A stretch of DNA of 32,000 nucleotides from an uncultured archaeon. Lineage in GTDB: Archaea > Iainarchaeota > Iainarchaeia > Iainarchaeales > Iainarchaeaceae. This document shows positions 17,255 to 24,899 of this stretch, in pieces. Position numbers and translations under genes: made by a program. The stretch's first letter is position 1. Each line of letters opens with the position of its first letter. The stretch lies in the NCBI GenBank assembly GCA_964577555.1, contig CAZNZM010000008.1:18495-50494 (forward strand). Direction: 5' to 3'. Under the pieces are notes generated by a model. It saw only the letters and a program-made list of their open reading frames with translations, was not told the DNA's origin and did not search any database.

Positions 17255-19042
17255 TTAATTTTTTACTCTTATGTTTTTATTTTGCCTTTTTTTTGGATTA
17301 TAAACCATGTATATCCTGTCAAGATATTTGTCATTGTGCTTCATCCAACCAGGCAATACTCCTGCTTTTTCAAATCCTTCCCTTTCATAAAGTTTTATAG
17401 CTTTTTTATTATCAGAATAAACCGTAAGATAAATGTTGTGAGGTTTGAACATTTGCATGCTTTCTTTTATTATCATTCTTATAAGCGTTGTTCCAAGCCC
17501 AACCCCCCTGAACTCTTTTGCTATGTAGAAACTTAAAGAGACGTTGTCCCTTTCTCTTCTTGGCATTTTTTCCGCCACGGCTCTGCCAACAATTCTATTT
17601 TCATATTCAACTACCCAACAAATCATTTCTTTCCTATTTATTTTTGCAATGCTTTCTTCATCAATCTCTCGTTCCTCAGCGTTGCTCACTCTTTGATCTA
17701 TTGCTATATATGCTCCTTCTTCAACAAGCTTGTTGAAAAAAACCCTTAATTTTCCAAAATCATCCCTTGTAAAACTTCTAATTATTACAACCCTTCCGTC
17801 TTTCAACTTTACTTCTTTCCTGAAAAGCAATGAATTCTTAAATATTTTTTCATATTGATTAATTCTTATTGATGATGCAATCGTGGATAACACTATTGTA
17901 ATAGTAACTATTTCCGTTCCAAAACCAACCGAATTAGGATAAATGAAAATAAAAGTTGCAAGACCCGCACTTAATATGTCTCGCGGCAACATTACCACTT
18001 GAAGAAAATTTTCATGTTTTTGTGATTTTGAAATCTTATGCATTATGCCTACTACTGATGCCCTTGCAAAAAATATTCCCAACAATATAAGAATTCCTAT
18101 CAAAATGTTTTGCACAGTGAGTTGTTCAGGTCTGAAAATCATGCCCAAATAAACAAAGAAAAAAGCTCCTATAAAGAGGCTTATTTCCTGTTGGAAGAAT
18201 CTGAAGGAATCATCAACTTCAAACGAACCATGCATTTTTAAGGTTTTGAAAAAATCATCAGAATTGGCAAGCACAAAACCAATTATTGCCAAAGAAATAA
18301 CACCTATTCCGCCAAGATAAACAAAATCGATATAATAAATAGCCAAAACCAATGCAAAAAGAGGCAAAAACCCAGCTCTTTTGATTTTGAGTTTTAACAT
18401 TGCAAAAAGAAGCATTATGCCAACAATCAAACCTATAATAAAAGAAACAGAAAAAAGCCAAAACAAAACAGTGCCAACATTTATTGCAACTTTTGCAGCC
18501 TCCAACTCAGAATATTTCATTAAAGCTATTGCGATTATGCAAACAATTAAAGAAGACAAAGAAGCCTCAATATAAAGCCTGCTTCTTGTAGCATTTGTTG
18601 TTCTTAATAAAGGTGCTATATAGTATACAGTATAAGATGAAATTCCCCCAAAGATTGCTGAAAGCACAAGAGAATCTTTTAAATTCCAATCCAAAATAAA
18701 ATTTAAAATCAAAAAAATCACAATAATTGAAGTGAACGTATGAAGAAACGCTGCTAACACGGAATTCAAAATATTGCCTGCCACATCCCTGGCTTTCAAT
18801 CTGAACCCGGCTTCAAAAATAATTGAAACAATTGCAATTGCTCCAATAACAGGAGCTACGCTTTGAAGATACTCCAACTCAATTTTAGGGATTGAAAAAA
18901 AAGATATTAAACCAAGAGGACCAAGGCAAAAACCAGTTGCTATTAATATTATTGATTCCGGAATCCTTGTCTTCTCAAAAGCAAACCTGCTTGCAAAGCC
19001 AAGTCCAATTATGATACTTATAAGAAAAATTATTTCAAACAT
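17255..19042 (-). CDS. Fusion protein: cation:proton antiporter membrane domain and C-terminal GNAT N-acetyltransferase domain
   Basis: The N-terminal ~400 aa are Na+/H+-exchanger-like (FEKTRIPESIILIATGFCLGPLGL, about 11-12 TM helices). The C-terminal ~180 aa (about 17255-17815) carry GNAT motif A (FRGVGLGTTLIRMII) plus KAIKLYEREGFEKAG. Confidence 0.8.
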   Translation of the reverse strand: MFEIIFLISIIIGLGFASRFAFEKTRIPESIILIATGFCLGPLGLISFFSIPKIELEYLQSVAPVIGAIAIVSIIFEAGFRLKARDVAGNILNSVLAAFLHTFTSIIVIFLILNFILDWNLKDSLVLSAIFGGISSYTVYYIAPLLRTTNATRSRLYIEASLSSLIVCIIAIALMKYSELEAAKVAINVGTVLFWLFSVSFIIGLIVGIMLLFAMLKLKIKRAGFLPLFALVLAIYYIDFVYLGGIGVISLAIIGFVLANSDDFFKTLKMHGSFEVDDSFRFFQQEISLFIGAFFFVYLGMIFRPEQLTVQNILIGILILLGIFFARASVVGIMHKISKSQKHENFLQVVMLPRDILSAGLATFIFIYPNSVGFGTEIVTITIVLSTIASSIRINQYEKIFKNSLLFRKEVKLKDGRVVIIRSFTRDDFGKLRVFFNKLVEEGAYIAIDQRVSNAEEREIDEESIAKINRKEMICWVVEYENRIVGRAVAEKMPRRERDNVSLSFYIAKEFRGVGLGTTLIRMIIKESMQMFKPHNIYLTVYSDNKKAIKLYEREGFEKAGVLPGWMKHNDKYLDRIYMVYNPKKRQNKNIRVKN

Positions 19043-19188
19043 GCAAAATAATTGAATAAAGTTTTTTTATAGTTTGCCTAAAAAAACAATTTACAAAATT
19101 TTACTTTTAATTTTATCTTATAATTCATTATTGCTCTTTAATTGCTTGCTTCAACAATTATAATTTTATTTTGAAATTGGTTTGTTTA

Positions 19189-19390
19189 TCCCGCCTCCCG
19201 GATTTGCACCGGGGATCTTCCGGTAACCGCACAACAAACCTTGCGATTATTTTTTCCCAAAAAAGGGTTGACGCCGACAGAAAAGTGTTTTTCTGTCAAA
19301 CGCTTTTCTTTGGCTTCCGAAAAAATTTTTGTCGGAAGAAGAAAAGTGTTGAACTACAGCCGGACGCATTAGCTACTATGCTAAGGCGGG
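19189..19390 (-). tRNA. tRNA-Tyr (GUA) with a 129-nt intron at the canonical 37/38 position. Exon 1 is 19390-19354, the intron is 19353-19225, and exon 2 is 19224-19189.
   Basis: Spliced sequence: CCCGCCT-TA-GCAT-AGTAGCTA-ATGC-G-TCCGG-CTGTAGA-CCGGA-AGATC-CCCGG-TGCAAAT-CCGGG-AGGCGGG-A. C1:G72 plus A73 is the archaeal/eukaryal tRNA-Tyr identity set. The anticodon loop CU-GUA-G is interrupted by the intron before A38. No encoded CCA. Confidence 0.8.
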
Positions 19391-19502
19391 CAGAAATGTA
19401 TGCAATTAAAAGTTTTTGATTTAATTTAAAACCATATCGGAAAAAACGATAAAACTCAGCTTGTAAATTATTTATAAACACACCAGACTTATTAATTACT
19501 TT

Positions 19503-20009
19503 ATGCCTGAAACAGTGCTTTATATAATAGACCCTGAAAAATATTTCCAAGGAGTTCTTAAAATACTTGAAACTCTTAAGGGAAAAAACATTATTTACAT
19601 TTCAGCAAACAAGCCTTACAGCCACATGGTTTCCATATTAAAAAAACATGGCATTGATACTGAAAAATTCTTTTTTATAGATTGCATAACCTCGCAATTA
19701 GGTCTTCTTGCAAATGAAGAGCCATCAAATTGCATATTCATAAAAGGTCCACAAAACTTGACTGAAATAAGCATTGCAATCAACGAATGCCTTGACAAAA
19801 TGCCAGGCGAAAAGATTTTGCTAATAGATTCGATTAGTACTCTTATTTTCTATAATGATCCTGAAGTAATAGGCAAATTTTCGCATTTCTTTATTAATAG
19901 AATGCAGTTTTCTGGAATAACAACTGTAATATTGGCTCTTGAATCAGACATTAACAAGGACGTGCTTAGACAAGTTGAATCGCTTGCAGAGGAGGTAAAA
20001 AGAATATGA
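19503..20009 (+). CDS. RecA/KaiC-fold protein lacking a Walker A motif (probably an inactivated ATPase)
   Basis: The topology fits COG0467-like proteins: beta-strand NIIYISANKPY, FFIDC, and a Walker-B-like KILLIDSISTL. No GxxxxGK[ST] occurs anywhere. The stop overlaps the next gene's start (ATGA). Confidence 0.5.
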   Translation: MPETVLYIIDPEKYFQGVLKILETLKGKNIIYISANKPYSHMVSILKKHGIDTEKFFFIDCITSQLGLLANEEPSNCIFIKGPQNLTEISIAINECLDKMPGEKILLIDSISTLIFYNDPEVIGKFSHFFINRMQFSGITTVILALESDINKDVLRQVESLAEEVKRI

Positions 20010-20383
20010 ACGATACAACCATTAATTTCATTTTAGGAATAATTTCAATAATTTTTATTTTTGTTGCCAGTTTCTTTGCTTACAAAGTTTACAAATTCAA
20101 CAAGCAGGCAAAACCCTGGCTTGCAATATACTTGGGTTTTATCACCCAAGCATTATATGGCGCCTTGACCCACTTTAAAATAAATTCATATTTAAGTTCA
20201 ATAACGACAGAAAACATGAATTATATTTTGGCAATTTTATTGTTGATATCTTCAGCGTTTTTTGTATGGGGTTTTTGGAGCATGAATAAAAGCTTTGAAT
20301 CTTTTTCAGTGATACAGTCAAAGACAAAAGAAAAAATTGAGCAATTCGTAAGCAAAAACAAAAACAATTCAAAGAAAAAATAA
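20006..20383 (+). CDS. Small membrane protein (3-4 TM helices), translationally coupled to the KaiC-like gene
   Basis: Hydrophobic segments include IISIIFIFVASFFAY, WLAIYLGFITQALYGAL and ILAILLLISSAFFVWGFW. The C-terminal tail is Lys-rich. The start has a 4-nt overlap with the upstream gene. Confidence 0.55.
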   Translation: MNDTTINFILGIISIIFIFVASFFAYKVYKFNKQAKPWLAIYLGFITQALYGALTHFKINSYLSSITTENMNYILAILLLISSAFFVWGFWSMNKSFESFSVIQSKTKEKIEQFVSKNKNNSKKK

Positions 20384-20641
20384 TTTTTTTTTTGGCTTTG
20401 CAAATTTTTGCCCAAGTTTTTTGCTTGCATTTTTTTTATTTTTTGGTAAAGCTGTTTTTTTGCGAGTCATTTTTTGCGAGCCAAACATTTTTTTGTGTTT
20501 TTTTGGTTGTTGTTTTTTTTAGCTTGTTTTTTTTGATTAGTTTTGTTTTTGTAAGTAGTTGTTTTTTTGTTAGCCAAATTATTTTTTTTATTTTTTTGTT
20601 TTTTTAATGATTGTTTTTGAAGTTGTTTTTTTTGTTTTTGA
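20384..20641 (+). repeat. Strand-asymmetric oligo(T) array B with the same GC-words as arrays A and C
   Basis: T-run array containing TGCGAGTCATTTTTTGCGAGCCAAAC (20461-20486) and GTTTTTTTGTTAGCCAAATT (20561-20580). The latter is 20/20 identical to 30644-30663. The array lies in a convergent gap and continues into the Lys-rich tail codons of the PAP2 gene. Confidence 0.8.
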
Positions 20642-21616
20642 TTATGATTTTTTATTTGATTTTGGCTTTGGCATTTTTGTTTTTTTATAATTGCTTTTAT
20701 TTTCTTTTTCTTGAACAATTTGTTTAGTTTTTTGTTCCGCCGTTTTTTGGTTTTCAGTATTTTCCTGCTTTTTTGTAATGGCTTCGTATAATAAAGGATA
20801 TAAAAGAGTAATCCAGAGCCCTGCCAAAAAATAAGCTTCTGGCCCCATTGAAAAATTTTCTCCTAATAATAATATAACGCCTAATATGGCGAAGCCAAAA
20901 ATTGATTTTATTATAAATATTGATCCAGAAATTTTTTTGGTGTCAAAATTGGCTAATTTGAATGTTATTGCTCCTGCAAATAATCCTAAAAGTATTGAAG
21001 CCATTCCTATTGACCTGAAAAGCAGTGAAATTACGAGTGCTGCAATTACGAACGTAACCAGGCCTACTTCTTCAATCAGCCTTTTTTTGTCAAATCTTAT
21101 TTCTTTATAATAATCTTCAACTAAATGCATTAATCTTCCTATTGCAAAACCCAACAATGCACCTGCAAGTACGTCGCCAAGGTAATGCGCGCCAAGATAA
21201 ATTCTTGAAATCATGACAAGGATCAAAGACAAAAAACCAGCAAATTTTAATATATTTGACAATTTTGTCCAATAAAGTCCTAAAATTCCTGCAAATGTTG
21301 TGGCATGCCCTGATGGAAATGAAAAATTTGATTCAAAATCATGGTTGAATACTCTGAATTCTTCAATGGGCGGTCTTAATCTGCCTGCAAGAGGTTTAAT
21401 GATTCCAATGATCGAGGAAGTGAAAAGTATTGTTCCTGCAATCGCCATTGACTTTTTTTCTTCCCCTTTCCACCAATAAGCAGAGGCAATGATAACCCAA
21501 ACAATTGGGTGTCCCAAGTATGTTATTAAAATGAAAAACATGTCCAAGCTTGGACTTGTAAAAGACTGGACAAAATGCGAAAATAATATTTCAGGTTCAA
21601 TCGCTTCTATTGTCAT
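20642..21616 (-). CDS. PAP2-family lipid phosphate phosphatase (undecaprenyl/dolichyl-diphosphate phosphatase-like)
   Basis: All three PAP2 motifs are present: KPLAGRLRPP (KxxxxxxRP), FPSGHAT (PSGH) and SRIYLGAHYLGD (SRxxxxxHxxxD). The protein has multiple TM helices. It ends in a K/Q/N-rich tail encoded by A-rich sequence. Confidence 0.85.
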   Translation of the reverse strand: MTIEAIEPEILFSHFVQSFTSPSLDMFFILITYLGHPIVWVIIASAYWWKGEEKKSMAIAGTILFTSSIIGIIKPLAGRLRPPIEEFRVFNHDFESNFSFPSGHATTFAGILGLYWTKLSNILKFAGFLSLILVMISRIYLGAHYLGDVLAGALLGFAIGRLMHLVEDYYKEIRFDKKRLIEEVGLVTFVIAALVISLLFRSIGMASILLGLFAGAITFKLANFDTKKISGSIFIIKSIFGFAILGVILLLGENFSMGPEAYFLAGLWITLLYPLLYEAITKKQENTENQKTAEQKTKQIVQEKENKSNYKKTKMPKPKSNKKS

Positions 21617-21620
21617 TTTT

Positions 21621-22091
21621 TTACACTTTCACTTTTTTAAGCTTCTTCATACCTGGTATTTCAATTTGTGAGTAATCCACGAATAATCCACATTCTTTCA
21701 GAGCTTTTCTCATTGCATAAACTCTGCAAAATTGTTCAATTTCTTTTTGTTCATTTGATTGGAGGCTTGGCAATGCGGAAATTTCCTTTATTACTGAACT
21801 GACTTTGCGCGAATTCACTTCTTCAATTGCTTTTGCCGTGTCTTTTTTGTCAAGCCCAAGAGATGCAATTGCTGAATCAACTTTGTCAAGTTGCACTATT
21901 TTTCTCAAGTTTGTTTCTATTTTTGAGTCAAAGCTGTTTGAAAGACCTGCAATAAATTCAATTATTGTTTTAGGGTCTGTTGCAGGCTCAATTTTAAGTT
22001 TTCTGATTGCAACCCAATCATCATAATTTGCTACGAATTGAATGTACTTTTCTTCAGACACTAAACCACCTTTTAACTTTTTTTTCAACAA
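21621..22091 (-). CDS. Hypothetical soluble protein (about 150 aa), family not recognised
   Basis: ORF 4 nt upstream of the PAP2 gene on the same strand. It has TTG (22091) or GTG (22061, preceded by GGTGG) starts and is predicted to be helical. Confidence 0.5.
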   Translation of the reverse strand: MLKKKLKGGLVSEEKYIQFVANYDDWVAIRKLKIEPATDPKTIIEFIAGLSNSFDSKIETNLRKIVQLDKVDSAIASLGLDKKDTAKAIEEVNSRKVSSVIKEISALPSLQSNEQKEIEQFCRVYAMRKALKECGLFVDYSQIEIPGMKKLKKVKV

Positions 22092-22202
22092 AATAAAACT
22101 TAAATTATTTTTAATACTTTATTATTCATTGAAATTGCAAGGTTTGTTTTTTAATATCATAGTTATTTTTATTAATAAACAAATTTGTGGGGTTTTAGTA
22201 TT

Positions 22203-22508
22203 ATGGATGCATTGACGATTTTTTTTGGCATAGCAATATTGCTTTTGGCTGTTGTTTTTTCAATCGCCATATCCGCCGGGCTTTCTATTCTTCTTTACAA
22301 AAAAGCAGTCGAAAAATCGGTTGGGTTGTCAAGTAATGAAAAAGAGTTGCCTGAAATTTTGGCTAAACTTTCCAATCAAAGATTGGAAGACAAAAAAGAA
22401 TTTGATAAAAGGCTTTCCATAATAGAACACAAGATTGATGTTTTGATGATGCCAGAAGGAGTCCTCAAGGAAACTGAACTTGAAAGGTTAAAAGTTGTAA
22501 AAAAATAG
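22203..22508 (+). CDS. Small N-terminally anchored protein with a coiled-coil-like tail
   Basis: From ATG 22203 the product begins with the TM helix MDALTIFFGIAILLLAVVFSIAISAGLSILLY. A charged helical region follows. Confidence 0.45.
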   Translation: MDALTIFFGIAILLLAVVFSIAISAGLSILLYKKAVEKSVGLSSNEKELPEILAKLSNQRLEDKKEFDKRLSIIEHKIDVLMMPEGVLKETELERLKVVKK

Positions 22509-22529
22509 TCTTGACTTTTATTTTAATAA

Positions 22530-22602
22530 AGCCTCCGATGGGATTCGAACCCACGACCCGCGGTTTACAAAACCGCTGCTCTAACCGCTGAGCCACGGAG
22601 GC
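22530..22602 (-). tRNA. tRNA-Thr (UGU)
   Basis: Cloverleaf: GCCTCCG-TG-GCTC-AGCGGTTA-GAGC-A-GCGGT-TTTGTAA-ACCGC-GGGTC-GTGGG-TTCGAAT-CCCAT-CGGAGGC-T. Confidence 0.9.
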
Positions 22603-22678
22603 AAGCACTTTTTTTTATTTTTCTATTAACCAAAAAACCCCTTAATAATTTTTAATCCTTGCATGCCACAATAACTGA

Positions 22679-23326
22679 ATGAGCCATGATTTTAAATGCC
22701 ACAGATGCGGTGAATGTTGCAAAAAGTACTTTATAATCACCCTGCCGCATGAATTGAAAAAGCAAGCCAAGTTTATGGCTGTTACTGAAAAAGAATTTAT
22801 TGAGAATAACACTCAATTATTCCTGCAATTGTTTCCTTCAGGGCAAAGCGACACGAAAATTTCAATAAGTTCAGTAATGCTTCCTAAAAGAATAGCAAAA
22901 CTCGTTGAAAATGTTCATGGACATTTGCCTGATTTTCTTATTGCTTTGCCAATGCTGGCATTCAAACGAAGAAAAAACGGCGCGTGCAAATTTTTTGACG
23001 AAGACAAAAGTTGTTGTATAATTTATCCGGCAAGGCCCCTTGAATGCATTCTTTTCCCATTTATTTCAGAAAAAAAAGCCGAAAACTACTCAAAACTTTA
23101 TCCTTTTTGCAAAGGCCTTAAGGACAAAGACGGAAAACTTTCATATGCAGACTTCAGCCAAATTCATTTCAACGAAGTTTCAAAGTATTGCGACAATATA
23201 AAGAAGAAAGGGTTCGGCTCAATTTGGAAGCATTGGCCAAATAGCGGCGTTTTGCTTTTTCAAGAAAAGTTGTTAGGTAAAATAAGCCAAAAAGAATTTT
23301 TTGAAATAATTTTGCCTTATAAATGA
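22679..23326 (+). CDS. YkgJ-family (UPF0153) Cys-cluster zinc/iron-chelating protein
   Basis: The N-terminal CHRCGECC (CxxCxxCC) and the downstream GACKFF...KSCCIIYPARPLECILFP are the defining pattern of this family. Confidence 0.75.
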   Translation: MSHDFKCHRCGECCKKYFIITLPHELKKQAKFMAVTEKEFIENNTQLFLQLFPSGQSDTKISISSVMLPKRIAKLVENVHGHLPDFLIALPMLAFKRRKNGACKFFDEDKSCCIIYPARPLECILFPFISEKKAENYSKLYPFCKGLKDKDGKLSYADFSQIHFNEVSKYCDNIKKKGFGSIWKHWPNSGVLLFQEKLLGKISQKEFFEIILPYK

Positions 23327-23425
23327 AAATCTCTGATATTGCTTGACAAAGATGATTATTTTTGCTGAAATTTCAAGACAATTAGGCTTTTCGCAAATCA
23401 TGGTAAAAAAAGAATTTATTTTACG

Positions 23426-23500
23426 TGCCCTGGACGGGATTTGAACCCGTGCGTCCACCGTGAGAGGGTGGTGTCCTTGACCGGGCTAGACGACCAGGGC
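23426..23500 (-). tRNA. tRNA-Glu (CUC)
   Basis: Cloverleaf: GCCCTGG-TC-GTCT-AGCCCGGTCAA-GGAC-A-CCACC-CTCTCAC-GGTGG-ACGC-ACGGG-TTCAAAT-CCCGT-CCAGGGC-A. Confidence 0.9.
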
Positions 23501-23762
23501 AAAAAGAATTTCATAGATCGCTTTTGATTAGAAACTTGCAGGCAAATAATTAAAAGGCAAATAATTAAAATATAATTTTACAATTGCAATTTTGGAAGAT
23601 TTTTACAAGTTTAAACTAAAACCATTTTTACGACAATTGTCAAAAAAAAAAATAATATTTAATAACTATTTTTAGTTAAAAGATTAATTAATATTTGTTT
23701 TGTTATAAAATAAATATAAACAAATTGCCTTTTTTGGCTAACTTGTTAAACTGGTAATTGCA

Positions 23763-24122
23763 ATGGTTTTTTTTGAAGTAGTTCATGCTTTAATTAACCT
23801 TGACTTGGCTTTTTTTGTAGACATAACCATGAACAATATTCTTTGGGTTTTCATATTTGTTGTTTTAGTAAATTATTTCTTTAAAAAAAACAAGTTATTC
23901 TGGCTTTTATTTTTTCCAGTAGAAATTTGGGTAGTAACTGATTTCGGAAAACTCACTGGCATGGCATTTTCAGATTTCAACTTTATGATTATTAATTACA
24001 TTATAAAGTTTGCTTTGTTAATAATTGTTGTAAATATTCAAAGCTTGAAAAAATACACTATTTTGTTTTCAATACTACAAGGATATTCTGTTATATTTTT
24101 ATTTACTTTTTTATTGAAGTGA
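23763..24122 (+). CDS. Hypothetical small membrane protein in a very AT-rich orphan segment
   Basis: 119-aa ORF with 3-4 hydrophobic helices. I recognise no homology. In sequence this AT-rich, ORFs arise easily, so confidence is low. Confidence 0.35.
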   Translation: MVFFEVVHALINLDLAFFVDITMNNILWVFIFVVLVNYFFKKNKLFWLLFFPVEIWVVTDFGKLTGMAFSDFNFMIINYIIKFALLIIVVNIQSLKKYTILFSILQGYSVIFLFTFLLK

Positions 24123-24393
24123 TAAAAATGAAGTTTGCAAAATTAGCTATTTTAGGGCTTTGGTTCGGATTTTTATAAATTATTATTATGGCTATAGGCG
24201 AATCGATTTTTCCAGGCTCCTTGAGCGATAATGCATTCACAAATTTAGGAATTATTATAATATTGACATCAGGAATCATAAATTTTATATTCGCATTTCA
24301 CGGAGTAGACTAAAATTCCAATCAAAAAAAAGAATTTTCAAAAAGCATTTAATTTTTAGAAAAAAATATTAATTCAAAAATGAAGTATTACAA

Positions 24394-24633
24394 ATGCCTA
24401 AAAGAATATTTAACACTAAGCCAAAAGTACCTACCAATGCTGTAAAAAACCGTGCAAAACCGCCTATTGAAGAAACAATTGAAAAATTTTTAAAGCTGAA
24501 AGAGCAAGGAAGACTTCCAAAACAAAAGCCTGACTCATTTAGAATACTTTGCATTTTGGCTATAAGAAAAGGTTTTACTCCTGAAGAAGCAAGTATAATA
24601 GCTAATTTGGTTTTAGGAACAAAATATAATTAA
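24394..24633 (+). CDS. Hypothetical small basic protein (79 aa)
   Basis: ATG-initiated ORF with a Lys/Pro-rich N-terminus and a helical C-terminus (FRILCILAIRKGFTPEEASIIANLV). It ends 1 nt before the tRNA on the opposite strand. Confidence 0.4.
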   Translation: MPKRIFNTKPKVPTNAVKNRAKPPIEETIEKFLKLKEQGRLPKQKPDSFRILCILAIRKGFTPEEASIIANLVLGTKYN

Positions 24634-24634
24634 A

Positions 24635-24707
24635 TGTCGGTGGGCGGAATCGAACCGCCGACACCCGGCTTATGAAACCGGTGCTCTAACCCCTGAGCTA
24701 CACCGAC
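24635..24707 (-). tRNA. tRNA with CAU anticodon: elongator Met, or Ile2 if C34 is modified
   Basis: Cloverleaf: GTCGGTG-TA-GCTC-AGGGGTTA-GAGC-A-CCGGT-TTCATAA-GCCGG-GTGTC-GGCGG-TTCGATT-CCGCC-CACCGAC-A. It is not an initiator because it lacks the A1:U72 start. Confidence 0.9.
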
Positions 24708-24899
24708 AAAAACCTGAAAACAGAAACAATTTCTTGATTCGTGTTAAATTAGAAATTAAATCCAAAAGAAATAAAAGCCTCGCTAAAAGTAGAAAAAAAG
24801 ATTTGTTTACCAAGGCAAAAAATTTGAATTTAAAAATTAAAAAAAGGATTGGCTCAGCGAAAAACCTGAAAAACAATGCCAATTTACCAAATATGGAAT

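Noticed and set aside
19225-19353. The tRNA-Tyr intron as a box C/D guide RNA or a homing-endonuclease gene
   Set aside because: The intron has no UGAUGA or CUGA boxes in RNA sense. At 129 nt it is too short and has no ORF.
19171-19550. ORFs 19171-19419 (+) and 19296-19550 (-)
   Set aside because: They lie across the tRNA-Tyr exons and intron. The tRNA interpretation explains the GC-rich blocks far better.
20467-20718. 83-aa Lys/Gln/Asn-rich minus-strand ORF overlapping the PAP2 C-terminus
   Set aside because: It is the A-rich complement of array B read in another frame. It overlaps a well-supported gene and has pure low-complexity composition.
22530-24707. The tRNA-Thr / tRNA-Glu / tRNA-Met bracketed region as an integrated mobile element
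   Set aside because: I could not find an integrase, transposase, terminal inverted repeats or a duplicated tRNA 3' segment. It is kept only as a low-interest compositional observation.
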